DNA of 64,000 nt from Sphaerodactylus townsendi (taxonomy: Eukaryota): positions 70,184,001-70,248,000 of the forward strand of contig NC_059431.1 in NCBI RefSeq assembly GCF_021028975.2, given 5' to 3'. The notes below the pieces were generated by a model. That model was not told where the DNA came from. It was given only the letters and a program-made list of their open reading frames with translations, and ran no database searches. The first letter of the stretch is position 1, and every line of letters starts with the position of its first letter. Both the position numbers and the translations under genes were made by a program. Below are positions 25,824 through 39,495 of this stretch, piece by piece.

Positions 25824-27989
25824 CTAGAAGAAAGAGTGTATATTTTATTTACTTCCTTGAATGCAACTTTTAAATCTCCAATAAAAACACCAAATACAGA
25901 AAATGTGTATTTGCAAAAGCATTGTTAATTTGTATCTCTAAGATTTGCTTGCAAGAAAACCAGATAACTTTAAGTTATTTGCTCTTCAACCAGTGTTTAG
26001 TGATTCTGAGTTTTCTTTTTTAAAAAGGAAATCAATATATGACATAATATTAAAAACATTAGAAGAGAAGCTTTTACTGTGTATGTACACAGTGCCATGC
26101 AAAACAACTACTCCTAATAAACTGACAATCTATATTTAGAGCAAAACAAAGGAAACAAAAGAAACACGGGGAATGTTAAACACAGCTTTATTTTAAGGCT
26201 TAATTACAGCTGTGATGTAAACTGTAAAGAGTTAAGGAAAGGCTTGATGGGAGTGGTTGGAATTTGAAGGAAGAGGTAGCACTTCACAGATACTGTGAGA
26301 TGGCACTCTAGCCATCAGAGGAAACAAAAGAGGAATGAGTGGTTCACTATGAGCTAAGTAATGTATTTCCCAATGGAAAAAAATGTCTTTTAAAATCCTG
26401 ATTTACAAATATTGTTAATATTTTTAGTATCTTGCCAAATTTCACTTCTATGTTTTTAAGTGAAAATGTAATAAAAGAAAAAAAATGCATCAGAAATGTT
26501 ACAAAACTGAAAATTTCCAAAGTACAAAGGAGGTTTCTTTCTTTAACAGATGTCGTGCTTATAAAGAGAAAGGCTAAATTTAATAGCCTAGATCCAACAA
26601 CTGAAGTTTCTTATGTGAGACACCCCCTTATTTCCACCTTAATAAATGATTATATTAAGAGAAATAAGGACACCACCTTATTTCCTCTTATTAAGTGATT
26701 CCTACCCTCCAGCTGACTCCTGGAAAAAATTTTCAGCTGTTAGTGAAACCTTGTGAAGATACTAAAGAGGCTGGGGATGGTGGAAATCACCATCATTTCT
26801 TAAGAAAATTTAAGGGCCCATAAGTCTTCAAAATAAAAGTAATAAAAATATAAACAAGATGTTTTTAATGTGAGATGAAAAGTAAATGAGCAAATTACAC
26901 CTTTTGGAAGTTTCCTCTTCCACAAATAGCTAGTACTGATATCCATAATGGAAACTGATAATAGATAAATATATTTTACTATGAAACTGTTTTACAATAA
27001 TTTTTTGTTTATTGTACAATTTTTTTTTAACACTTAGCGGCAGTGGAATAACCTGTTTTGGGTGCTCAGAAAACAGTTTTCCCATACTCATTCATCATTC
27101 AGCCCTCCAAATGTCTTCATTTCAGATACATCACCCAGTAGCTAATCATGTGTGTTCCTTTATGTGTTGCATTAAATGCTATTTCAATGTATTACTCTTA
27201 GAACCCTACGCTCTTGTGGCCCATGAAGTGAAAGATGTAGGAAGACTTCATTTTGAATCAAACCAGGAAATCATATTAGGAATTAAGTGCAATAAAATGC
27301 CATCTCATGATCAGAAAGCCAGGTCCCATGAGAAACTGTCACACCTCTTTATCAACTGCTTGCCTTGTGATGCCATAATAGTGATCCCCCGCCTTTTTTA
27401 CTCACATATCCCTTGGCAACCCATTTCCCTAAAATTGTACCCACATATTAACAAATCCATTATGCAATTGTTTTCACGTACCCTCAAATACTGTGGCATG
27501 TACTCCTAAGGGTAGCTTACTCCAAGTTGGGAACGTCTGCTCCTAAAGCTCTCCACACACTCTAACTAAAATGAACAACCAGACATTCCACTCCTTCCAA
27601 AGAATATCCAGAGCAAGCAATACTATGCCAGATAAAGTTAACAAGTTCACTCCTGTGACCCCTGAGAATATTCACACTTCAGGGTCAGCCAACTTCTGAA
27701 TTCATTTCTTATCTTAATCATTTTCTGTCCAACCATCCCTTTCCCTTCCCTCTCCTTGCCTCAGTCAACATTTCTTACCAACAGATTTCCCCACATCCTC
27801 CTCAGGATAGTGCTTATTTTCCACTATCCTTTTTCCTCTTTCCCGTTAGTGTCATATATTATGCACGGTGCACATAAAATGAAGTTTTATTGGCTCTTTA
27901 GAGGTACTATTGCCACATTATGCTGAAGAATCAAGAAAATATAGAAACAATGGCTGATCTCTTTTCTACTTTCATTAGCATTAAGAACT

Positions 27990-28512
27990 ATGAAATTTGA
28001 AATATAAAATATTGGTCAGGTGTCTGAAGGCTGTAGTAAGATGGCTGAAGCTGAGTCAATTGAAACTCAATTAAAAAGATGGAGGTCCTGTAGCTGGGCC
28101 AGGAAGAGTCAGGACTGAGATATTTGCTGCCAAAGTTAGACAGGGTGGAATGAACACCTACACCCGCTCTCAAGAGCCCGTGTGTAACTCTGGATGCCTC
28201 CCTTTTTTCGGAGGCCAGCATGCAAATATAGTCAGAGTGGTGTTTTTTTTCATTCTTGCCAGGTTACGCAGTTGGCACCCTATCTGTCTCATCCCAACCT
28301 AACCACTGTGATCTTGCAACAGTTCTCTCCAGACTAGTCGACTGTCACTCCCTTTATGCAGGGCTGCCTCTGAAACTTCAGTTGGTCCAAAATGCAGCAG
28401 TGAGCGGTTCTCATGTGGATACCTTTAAGATCTCACATTCAGCCTATACCCTACCAGTTGCACTAGCTAACAGTTGAATAATGGATCAGGTTCAAAGTTT
28501 TGACGTTAACCT
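27990..28512 (+). mobile_element. L2 LINE ORF2 C-terminal fragment
   Basis: ORF 28256-28477 SRLVDCHSLYAGLPLKLQLVQNAA is a decayed form of L2 SRLDYCN.L..GLP...LQLVQNAAA. Confidence 0.8.
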
Positions 28513-28519
28513 GAAAACA

Positions 28520-30090
28520 ATCAAAATGTTCTATTGATCAATCCATTAAATATTGGATTGATAATTGTGGATTTACAATTGTTAAGAATTATTACATCTG
28601 CTTAACTATACATCTTAAACTCTTTGTCATCTATGTTCTTTGATTCTGTCTGATTTTAGTTGCTAAAACTTCAAGTTCCAGAGGTGTTAATGAGAATCCT
28701 TGATGCATCCCTTTTTAAAATTGCAGCTTCTGTGTTAGAAAGTACTAGATTAGTACCCTTGCATGTAGCTTTGTGTAAATGCTCTGTATCCAATTAAAGG
28801 ATCTTGATCCACATGTTAAATTTTCTAATGTCTTTAACAAGAAAGTCCAAGCAATATTGCCAAATGCTTTCTTTGCATTCAATTTTATAAACTATTTCTT
28901 CTTCATTTTAATAAACTCTATAGCATTTATTACAAAACAGACATTATCCTTCATGTATCTTTTTGGAACAAATCCTGTCTAATCTTCATGAATTAACTTT
29001 GTTATACATGTTCTTAATCTAGACACTAGTATAGATTTAAACAATTTATAAACCACATTTAATTGTAATATAGGTCGGTAACACTGAAATAATTCCGGAT
29101 CATCTCCTTCTTTATGAATCAGTGTTATATATGCTTCTTGCCAGGATGATGGTAATTTTTTTCTCTTGACTTATTTTGATCATCACTTGTTGTAAGGGTA
29201 AAATTAACTGTTCTTCTATACGTGTATAATATTCTATTTTTTAGCCCGTTTGGTCCTGGCACTTTATCCTTTTTCAGTTCCTTAGTAGTTTGGGGCAATT
29301 CTTGGATTGTAATGTTTGGTTTAATATTTTTCTGTGTTCAGATGAGAATTTTCCAGTGAGTAATTTTTTAAATGTATTCACTCCTTGTTTCCAGTGAACT
29401 TCCTTTTTTAAATAATTTAAATAATCTGTTCCAAGCTGTGTTTTTTTCTGTTTCGTCACTATTGCTATTAGTTTCCCTCTCATATAAGCTTTACTCATCT
29501 CCCAAATCATTGTAATAGACATGCCTTCAGTCCTATTGATTTTGAAAAATTCTTCTAAATCCTTCTTACATTTCTCCACAATACCTTCTTGCAACAAAAG
29601 GTTAGCGTTTAACCTCCATCTTCTTCCATTCTTATCCCACTGCCATATCACTTTTATTAATTGTAATCTGCAAAGACCTTTGGTTGTATCTTAGCGTTCT
29701 TTAAATTCATAAGTAGGGTTTTTAATATGTCTGTCCTCAAATGGTAGTCTCTTCTGTTTAAATTTTTAATTCACCATAAATCCAATAAATTCAATATTTC
29801 CAAATACGTAAACACATTTCTAGAAAGTCTGCCTCCTTTAACTTTTTTTAGACCTACCTTTATTAGAGACTGTAATGCCATTTATATCACTAAAGATCAT
29901 TAGCTCTCCTTGAAAATTCAAAATAGATTGGTGATTTTTTTCAAAAAAAATTCTCTGGCATTATTTAGAGCATATACAGTAGCTAATGTATATATCTTGT
30001 CCTATGGCAACTTAATTTTTTAGATGATATATCTTCCTTCTGGGTCTTTAACTTTATCAAAGACATCTGTTGCCCATTCTCTGTTCTCAT
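28520..30090 (-). mobile_element. L1 LINE ORF2 fragment (endonuclease-RT), internally deleted; same family as 52150-59340
   Basis: RRWRLNANLL...LEEFFKIN..EG..I..IWE.SKAYMRGKLIA. Reverse complement also shows IHED.TGFVPKR and LNAKKAF motifs. Confidence 0.8.
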
Positions 30091-30149
30091 ATATATAATT
30101 AATATAATTAATATAGTTATAAACTATATAAAGACAAAAGAAAATTACT

Positions 30150-31860
30150 CTTGTCTGAGAACAACCAACACAACAACCAACGCCCAGCAGGAAACAGGAA
30201 GCCACTACACTCATTTCAAACTTGGCCACTATTTTGGTTATATCTGGGTTGCCATTATTTAAGAGGGAGGATACTTTCTGGAGATCCAAAAGCCTTTTTT
30301 TAGCTAATAAAGGCATCAATAGGTTGACCCAAATAGTTGTGTAGAAACAACAATAGAGAAGTACATGAGAAACAGATTCTACACAATTCATCTTACAAAG
30401 ATAGGTCTTTTTTAAAATAAGGGTATTTCCAAAATCTCCCTATTAGAGTCGGGGATGGCAACATATTACACCTAGCAAGAGAGAAGTTTCTGCAATGGTT
30501 AGGAACAACTGGTTAATGCAGGTAAGGCGTCATTTGAGTTACATTTAGAGGAATTCCCAGATAGAGAGGGAAACAAGACTTATTTGCTGTGCTGCTGAGG
30601 ATTTGGTATTTGATGTAGACTAATCTGCACTTTAAGGCTTGAAATGCTTTCCTGGCTGATAGCCAGCGAGTCAAAAGATAGACCCAGAGTTAAAACTTTT
30701 TACTCATCACAAGCTAACTAATCTGAAAGCTGAAGATCAGGGAGTAATTGATAGGTGAGACTAGTAGAATCCAAGTTGAAGAAAAGGCATAACCAGAATT
30801 TAAAGGTAATGAGCCATGCTTTAGTCTCAAGTAAATGCTAGCCAATTTCTAGACAAGGGACTGCATAAGATACATAATTGGGCAAACCAAGAATTTTATA
30901 CAGGAAGCAGGACTGAATGACTTCATAGAGCAATCAATGGAACCTATCAAAATTGGTAGGCCGTAAAGCAATTGCTGGCATTCTTTTGCATTGAAAACTT
31001 TGTGCAGAAGGAACATTCTGAAAGCCTCTAGTGGGAAAAAAAGAGAGATGGCCAAGACGTTATTCTTGGCTGTGTTAGTAACTAGTTTCCTATGTATAGA
31101 CCAGCCCACTTTACGATGAAAATAGAGAACTAACTATTTGAAGGATTTGACCTGTTCTAGGATACTGCCATTTAATTCCCATCAAGTTGGTTTCCAAGAC
31201 CTTGAGAAGAACAGGATTTTAGATTCAAATAATTTACAATGAGGCTGTTCTTTATACAGAAATCATGACAATAGGTAAGTAGATGTTTCAGACCCACCAC
31301 TGAGCAAGATAGCAGGACAGCATCATCAGCATAGAGTAATATTGGGACTGGACAGAACAGAGTTTGGGGCAATAGCTGCTGAAGCCCATAAGAGTGGGAG
31401 AAAGATTGTTTTTAAAAAGTTAAATAAGACAGATGCTAAAATAGGAGACCGTATATTCCAGATTATGGACTGATATCAGTTCCCCGCCAGCATAGCCACT
31501 TGGCCATGCTGGCAGGTGCTGATGAGAATTGTAGTCCATAACATCTGGCGTGCCAAAGGTTCGCCACCATGGTGCTAAAACATATCCCTGTTTGACCCCT
31601 CTGTTAATAGGAATTTTAGGAGAGAAAATGACTAATTGGGTACATTTAATTCGACAATCAGTAGCTGTATACAGTTTCCCAATAACAAATAGCAGCCTTC
31701 TTTCAGTGCCCATTCTGGAAAGTTTTTCCTAGAGCAGGTCCCTGGCAATTGAATCAAAAAACCCTTTAAAGTCTAGAAAAGCAGCATGAAGCTTCATATT
31801 AGTTTTCCTGCTGTATTTGTTAATTAGATGGTTAAGGACAATGCAGTGATCAAGGAGATA
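30150..31860 (-). mobile_element. RTE-X-like LINE fragment (RT plus C-terminal zinc knuckle), interrupted by a MITE
   Basis: ORF pieces RGVKQGYVLAP, PILLYADDAVLLS and VESVSHVLLYC. Homologous to 44035-45705. Confidence 0.8.
31445..31572. mobile_element. Palindromic hAT-type MITE remnant
   Basis: Central palindrome CCAGCATAGCCA-CT-TGGCCATGCTGG and GAATTGTAGTCC...ACATCTGG. Homologous to 59405-59542. Interrupts the LINE. Confidence 0.65.
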
Positions 31861-31989
31861 GCTGGAAAATTTATCTTTTCCCCTCAACCATATTAGCATT
31901 ACATCTGACCAATTTTTTGTCTTCTTACAAATGTCTTCACTGTGTATATAGAATTACAGCCACACAGCCAAAACAGCTCATTTTAAGAC

Positions 31990-32699
31990 TGTGACACTCA
32001 GTGCTTGGGAGACACAGATGGCTCCTTAACATGCCACATGTGTCTTTTCTAAATACTGCCCCCCTGCGTGGCATTGACCCTGTGCTGGCAGGGTAGGGTG
32101 TGTGTGCTGCTACAACACCACCAGTACAGAGAAGCTTTCTGAGGCAGGGAGTCACCCTGACACAGGGTCAGTTCATTCACCGTCAGTTCTAGGCACAACA
32201 CAGCAAACCAGTGGGAGAGTCCAGAAAACAGAGTCAAAACAGTCCAGAGAGTCAAATAACACAGAGTAGACAAACCAGGAGGGCATAGCCGAGAAGTGAA
32301 GTCGTGGAGAGCCGGTACAAGGTCAAAGCACAGTCCAAACACTCAGAACAGTGGCATGCAGGAGTTGCTGAGAAACTCACGTGTTGCATCCACAGCTGCA
32401 GCTCTTACAGCAGCTCATTATATGCTTCTGGGCTGCTGGCTTGGGAGAACTGCTGCAAAAACTCTAATCCACATCAGGCTTGCAAGCGAGCAGAGCGACG
32501 CCTCTGTTTCAAGGCCACCCTCAGTTTCTGCCGGCAACACTGTGCTACATCTAAAGAATCAGAAGAGCTTTCATGCTGCCTAGTATTTCTGATCAACCCT
32601 GAACTGGGAAGCTGTAATTCTTCCCCTTCTGCTGACACAGCTGGCGTGGCTCTGCGAGGGTCAGGCAAGTCTTCCTCTAACGAACTGTCAGTCACAACA
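31990..32699 (-). mobile_element. Possible Gypsy-type LTR remnant
   Basis: TGT...ACA ends and a composition distinct from the flanks. No TSD found. Confidence 0.35.
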
Positions 32700-33783
32700 G
32701 GGGGGCCATGATAGGCCCATGTTTCAGGAAAGCAGGCAAGTCTCCCCAAGTCTACCCAAGGTATTATACCAGCAACAGAAGTAAATGTAGCTCTTTTGGT
32801 AGATGGTAACTGCAAGTGTGACTTTACATAAGATGTGGAGTTTTAAATAGACTTAATTTGTCCAGTCAAAACTATGTTATTATCAGCTTCAAAGAGTAAC
32901 AGCACAATCCCAAACAGAGTTATACCCTTCTAAACCCATTGACATAAATGAACTTAGGTGGGTGTAGCTTAGTTTAAGATTACACAGACACTTCTTCAGC
33001 AATGAAACCTACTGTTTTAATTTCAAGCAACTATTTCCTTTGAATGAAATCAGTGAGCCCTAGAAGAATTAATCCTTCTTCCTGAGAGTTTGCCATGTGA
33101 CAACAAACTATCATTTTGAAAGAAAAGTAACATATTTACTTTGAGCACGCAAGTAGGAGGGCAGCACACATGCATAGGGCTCAGTTCCATGGATGCAGAG
33201 AACTTTGTCGGTGTTGTTGCCATCTGGATATAGTGTTTTTAATTGTCCCAATCAGATACAAGCCAAAACTGAGATCTCTTGGCCCCAGAACCACACAACT
33301 CAAGCAGCTGCAAAACAGGTTTGTGACTGTTTCTCAGTTCACATGCTGCCAGCTGCATCCCTTCTGAGATGCTTCAACATTTCTTAAGGCTGTCCATTAG
33401 AAAAACTCTCAGACAATCAGAGGCACAGCTGACCAGGAATATTATCCTCTCTTTTCTGCAAGGACCCAGTGAAATTGGGGAGGGGGTGTCAGAGGGTAAA
33501 TCTCAGTCAACTGAAGCACCTGTTGAAATACAGTTTCTGATCCCTTCCTCCATGTTGTCCCAGCAAGGCTGTGACACTGCAAGGAGTTTCCTGTTTGTGC
33601 TGAACAGGCAGCCAAGCAAACAGTCAATGAACTGGCTCCCTGATCATGAATGGCAATCAGAAAGTGAGCAGAATTAGTAGGAGCTCAAACCCCTAGATTT
33701 GTTCAAGTAATATAAAACTATAGTTTTTGCATTATGTCTAAATTATGACCAAGAGTCTAAAAATGAAAAAACTTTTACAACAC

Positions 33784-33923
33784 CAGTGAAATGGTGGGAT
33801 TGAAATAATTTAACAACCAGTTCTGGTGGTGGGATTCAAATGATTGAACAACTGGTTGTTTACAAGTACCATTTTAACAACCAGTTCTGCCGATGTGGTG
33901 AGAACCTGCTGAATCCCACCACT
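33784..33923. mobile_element. Short hAT-type MITE
   Basis: Ends CAGTG...GGTGGGATT / AATCCCACCACTG. Repeated AACAACCAGTTCTG motif. Confidence 0.6.
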
Positions 33924-34406
33924 GTGAGACCAAGTGTTTATGATTTGCCTACTCACAAACTAAAGGAACACTGACACTTTCTCCTGATAAGCTCCCACCT
34001 GTATCAAAACACAATAATGCTGATCTCTGAGCAACACCAGAACACAGCATATTCCCACCATCAAAAGATATTAGTGTTGTATTGTGTAAACCTGTTGGTT
34101 AAAGCCATCACTGTGTGCTGGATGAGTATATTTTAAATAAGTATATTCTTAATTACTAATTTATCATACAAACAGAACAAAAATGTCAAAGAACATACAA
34201 AGCATGACCCAGACAAAGTTAAAGACTTTAAAAATCCAGCATTTTCAGTGGAAGGGTAATCACAGGCTAAAATATCTTCCTAATAAATCCATAAAACTTG
34301 TAAGTGTATTCAACACTGACTGGATTAGGTCTTTAATAAACTTACGAAATGCTGTTAAAATAGCATCCAACTTAAGCATAACTGAGTTTAAAAATCAATC
34401 ATACAG

Positions 34407-34465
34407 CCTGGAACCACACGATACCCCAGTGATTCCAGCCGTGAAAGCCTTCGACAACACAATCA
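34407..34465 (+). mobile_element. Penelope-like element terminal fragment
   Basis: ACCCCAGTGATTCCAGCCGTGAAAGCCTTCGACAACAC is nearly identical to 59161-59198. Confidence 0.75.
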
Positions 34466-34541
34466 ATCTTTAATTTGTCTCAGTCATTTAAGTAGTCATT
34501 TTAACTTTTGCATATATTTAAAATAGAAAATGAAAATATAC

Positions 34542-34580
34542 CAGATCCCCCATAACTGATATGGTCATAGTATGGACTAC
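34542..34580 (-). CDS. NTRK2: Probable NTRK2 39-nt juxtamembrane microexon (orthologue of the short alternatively spliced exon after Ig2)
   Basis: Strong pyrimidine tract tttttctttttgctgtttag|GTAGTCCATAC...TCTG|gtatat. Open, symmetric phase 1-1. Encodes (S)SPYYDHISYGGS(E), loosely like human GANPNYPDVIYE. Lies at the expected position. The donor is weak. Confidence 0.65.
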
Positions 34581-36183
34581 CTAAACAGCAAAAAGAAAAA
34601 AGAGTCACAGTTATAGAACAGAAAGTGATCTTTTAAAAAATTAACGATTATGAGTCTTTAAACAAGTGATGTCATATAGCATCAAGTGATGTCATATAGC
34701 ATCAAATTCAATCCTAATTTTTTATACATATTTAGTAAACTTTTAATAGTTTCCAGAGATCTAGAAAATGCCTACCCCATCACATGAAAGTACATCATAT
34801 ACTACGGCTGAATTTGTGGAAAATCAGAGTAACAACCATTTGGAATATGTTCTGTGCCTTTGGAATATACAAAATTTAATAACTAACATTCATAAGATCT
34901 GAATTCATTCTTCAACTTGAATTAACAAGTTTATACCAATGAGTTTTTATTATAACAATCTGCACTTCAGCTTTTTGTAAGAAAAAAAATCTTTATAACT
35001 GTCAGGCAAAAAGAAAACAGTTTGAATAGTACCACTCTGTTCATTGTTAAATTTTTAATTTCAAGTCATATTCTTTTTAACTAGCCCACATGTACAGCAA
35101 AACAAAGGGGGACCCAACAGAGTCAGTTGACCTGGACCTCAAATTCAAAATTTAAATGCTTATTAATATTTTGACATCTTAATATATGACTCACGGCCCC
35201 ATCCAAAGGAGGTTGGCTGAATCTGCCCATGGAAGCAGTGCATAGCCATTTTGGCAGATTTGCCCTCCACAGGCCATTTACCCCAATGGAAGGGCGACTG
35301 CACTGGTGTGCGACCACAGCAGCCCTCCCCAGTGCTGCGGCGCCACACCAGCATCTCAACACCCCTGCCACCCATAGCTGCCATAGTGAAGGAAGGTCAG
35401 AGGAGAGGCCATTTACCACCTTATCCTGGAGGCCAGTAAGTCAGACTTAACCCACCAAAAAGGTGGCATAAGTCTACTGAGACCCATAGGGACTTCTCAG
35501 TGGCGGGGAGGCTTTTCTACACTGCTAGGAAGTCTCTATGGGAGCAGCACACTGGCTACTTGGATGTGGCTGCCTGTTTTTTTGGGGAGAGATACAATAG
35601 AGATACACAATACAGTATACAATGTTGTACAATGTACATATTACTTGGTTCCCATGAGGGAAACTATATTACACACTTTCACTTGAGAACACCACTGCAG
35701 GGAGAGCAAAACTGGCCCTGGATAAATCCAGTTTCTTTCAAACAGGGAAGTGCATTGCAAATTGTAGCCTGTTTCTTCTGTGCTATCAACTCAGTAAGAG
35801 TGACCAAATATCCATGATCACTCCCATCTGCCCTACAGAATAGTTCCTTTAGCTAAATATTCCTATCCAAGTTCTCAGCCCTGACAGTATATGGCACTAA
35901 AGTGTGTCAAAAAATAGAACACTATCACTAGCTATTAAATATAGATATGTTTATAACATCATTAGCCTCCTCCAAAAGTAAACAAGTGAAATTTGCTTTG
36001 CATTCCTAACCTATTATCACAGCAGAACAATTCACCAATGATGTAATACGTGGTGCTTGACTGTACTCTAATACACACTATTAGTGTTACTGCTTACAAA
36101 GAGAACTCATGCGTTATTGGTCTTAGAGATGTCATGCTATGATGATAATTCCTTGTTATATTTTAAAATTGATAGATACATGT

Positions 36184-36393
36184 TTGGTGGTGGAAAGTGT
36201 CATCAAGTTGTAGCTGACTTATGGTGACCTCATAAACAAGAGCTGTTCAGAGGTGGTTTGCCATTGCTTGCTTCTGAGTAGCAGCCTTGGACTTTCTTGA
36301 TGGTCTCCCATCTAAAGAGCTAACCAGGGCTGGTACTGCTTAGCTTCTGAGATCTGATGACATCAGGCTTTTCTGGACCATACAGATCAGAGC
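36184..36393 (-). mobile_element. 5S rRNA-derived SINE (5S-Sauria-like)
   Basis: Reverse complement has GATCTCAGAAGCTAAGCAG...CCTGGTTAG...GATGGGAGACC (5S box A and box C), followed by a non-5S body and tail. Confidence 0.8.
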
Positions 36394-38584
36394 TACATTT
36401 GTTACAGCTTTTAATTTAACTTCTATCCTATCCTGACCATGTACAACTCAACGTGATCACAGAACCAGTTGTGAGATCTTCATTAGTCCTGAGTCTAAAG
36501 AACTGTTGAAAACTGTATACCACATATGTAAATATTAAGAAAGAAACTTTAGGTTCTGTCACATAATGCCTAGTTACCCCAAGCCTAGTTGAGCTCCACT
36601 AGAGTCTGGACTGGTACAATCAAGTTTATATTTGCCACCCACTGGGAACCAGGCAATTGACTGCAGATGCTCCAAGATGTAAACAAGCTTTTTTCCTCAG
36701 GCCTCCAGCTTGTCCTTCACTGGATATTCTAAACTATGTTTGCCCCAAGCTCAGAACCATGTTCAGTGTTCGAAACCCCTCAGAAATGGAGCACTATCTA
36801 TGTTCAGCGCGAGTCTCTACAAAAATTGCCCAGCCCATCACAGCCCCCTGTCACACAACCAGCAACACTTTAAGCCCATCTGAACCATAGTGAAGGAACT
36901 TTCATTACAAAATGGTAACAAGATAATAAGAGGATGTTGCTTAGTAACACAAAGGAGAAACCAAACATACTACTTAGTCTAGACTGGATTATTAGGAGAG
37001 ATGTGTGAAATTATTTTCTGGCATTCTAACGTGTAAGAGGTAATGTTCCTCCTCACAGTCTGCAGCACCCACATACTACTAGTCCCAGGACAGATCAAGG
37101 GCTTTTGAAAATATTTTTCTTATTTTGTGCTCTTTCAACCTGTAACACTTAGAACTGTTTCTAAAGGATAACTTAGCCTTCTCTGGGGAATTTCTACCTA
37201 ACTAGTTTATTAGTTTCTTCTGCAAAATAAGTGCCCATTAAGGTCAGTTTACTAGGCGGAAAGGGTGCTTAGGTTCTTTCATTTCATCAGCAAATTTATT
37301 GAACCATTTGGCAAGTTATCAGGAATGAAGGGAAAATATAATCCAACTATGAGGAACTAGAAGGATTCACTGACATTTTGAGATCTGGATTCTGTCCTCT
37401 GGGATTTCCATTTCTTTCAGACTCATCTCTATAGTGTAGAGATCAGTTATAGATCCAGGAAAACTCCTGTCAAGTTGGCAAATTTAAGTGAAATGCAATA
37501 AAGTTGTCTTAAGCACCACAAAAGCAAAACATATCAGAGCTTCTTATGGTTTTCAATTTTGCTATGATTTTAATTGTTTTAAAAGCTGAATGAAATGATG
37601 AAACAATAGTCATCAACAAATACTACAGCTGTAGAAGCAAAAATCACAAATATATATGAAAATGTGCTCTCATAAGTTGAAAAAATCTGAGTATGGGGTA
37701 GTTAAATACAGTCCTTACACATTGAGGAATCTATGCTAAGGTCATGTGATCTACCCCCATGGTGCAGCTCCACATTTAGAGAAGGGCTTGGGCTTTTGCT
37801 AGAGATTTCTCTGTTGTGAATACTGAGAGAGAAAGGCCTTTTCTGCATGGGCGATATACAGCGGCCCAGGGACAGCGAAAATGCCGTCCCTGGGCGGCTG
37901 TTTGCACAGGAGGCGCTGCTGCAATGCCGTCCTGCAAACAGCTGTCCTGGCCACCTGAATTTTTTGGTAAAGTCAAATAAAGCTGATATCCCTGGGCCTT
38001 ATTCAGCTTTTTCTGAAAATATTCAGGTTTAACAAACCTAAACCTGATTTTTTTCCCCATTCTCTCCCCATCTTCTCCATTTCCCAAGACGACCCTTCCC
38101 CTACTGATGCTTTTCAAGGCTCCAGGGCTTGAAAAGCACCAGTGGGGATAAATTCTGCTTGTGGTGCAGACCCTAGCAGAGTACTCTATACAGGATCTAG
38201 TCAACCCTTCCTCTGCCGATGGTTTTCAAACTCACAGGGCTTGAAAAGCAGAGGCAAGAGACAGATCCTCCAAGTGGTGCTGAGCTTGAAAATCTCCAAT
38301 ATGATTTTTTTCCAGGTTTTTCTGTGATTCAGTAGAGGCCCATCTGTCCCTTCCCTCTTCACAGCCTTAGGCTGCAAGTTGTTTTTTTTTTTAATGAGGT
38401 AACTATATATTTCAGTGCAGGATAACACTTTTTATCATTTCCACCCAAGAAATATTGGGTAATAGACTGAATTTGTGTAAATAATATCTGGTATCTGAGA
38501 CCCACAGTAAAAAACTTTGTCAGAACACCACCACCACCCGCCCCCGGTTAACTATGGAGAAAAGTTGAGCAAGGAAATTCTATA

Positions 38585-38814
38585 CAGTGGAACCTCAGTT
38601 TTCTCCGCTAATCTGTCCAGTGACGGGCAGCAAAAACGGCATACTTCGAGGTATGCCGTTTGCGCATGCACAACGCTGTTTGCGCATGTGCAACGCAAAT
38701 GGTACACCGGAGATATTCAAACTGCCGATCTCCAAGGTGACCAAATGGCCGGGGGCGACCGGCAAAGACCGAAACTGTCAATTTCCGAGGGCAACGAAGA
38801 CCGAGGTTTGACTG
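38585..38814. mobile_element. Tigger/pogo-type MITE
   Basis: TA|CAGTGGAACCTC...GAGGTTTGACTG|TA. CpG-rich interior. Confidence 0.8.
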
Positions 38815-39195
38815 TATTTAACAATTATGGCCTTCCTTTGGCAGAATTAAACCTTTAGCTTTCAATACAATACGAAGTAGTAATTCTGAAAAGATACTTT
38901 TACTATGATTTTTTCCATTTGGTAGCAGTAGTGGATGTCCATTTACCGGCTTAATGACACAACCAAAAACATCTTCTGTTTTGAGAAAATAAGTTCATCA
39001 AATTTGCATGTCCTTGCTTTTCAGTGCTCAAAAGGTATGACTTTATACCCTAAAATGCCTGCAATAGAGTTCAACTAACAGGCTGAATCCTGCCTGTCCC
39101 CCAAAAGAAATCTTATCTTAAATTCAATAGCATCATAAAACAAACTAAAAAGAAACAATAATTGCCTCATGATGTTATAGACAAACTATACTTAC

Positions 39196-39495
39196 TACCT
39201 CCAGGATCTTCCATAAAATAGGCAGAAATGCTTGCTTCATCTTTTCCAAGTTGATTGTATGCCACCAAGGTATAATCTCCATTGTTCACATGAGTAGGGT
39301 TATCCAACTGAAGGCAGCCATGGTATTCAGTCTGATTGATAACATGTATTTTTGTCCAGATATAGTCCGATTCATTCAGTTTTACTCCATCGTGCAACCA
39401 TGTTAGGACAGGTTGTGGGTTTCCTCTTACACTGAATGGAATACACCAGTGGTGATCCGGATATGGCAGTTCAAGAAATGTGATATTTGGCGGAA
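39196..39495 (-). CDS. NTRK2: NTRK2/TrkB coding exon, Ig-like domain 2 (neurotrophin-binding d5; 300 bp)
   Basis: Acceptor aatatag|TTCCGCCA and donor GGTA|gtaagt. Encodes (F)[28 protein letters not shown]...[21 protein letters not shown]...FMEDPGG, with the diagnostic Trk motifs DHHWCIPF and [18 protein letters not shown]. Phase 1 to 1. Confidence 0.97.
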
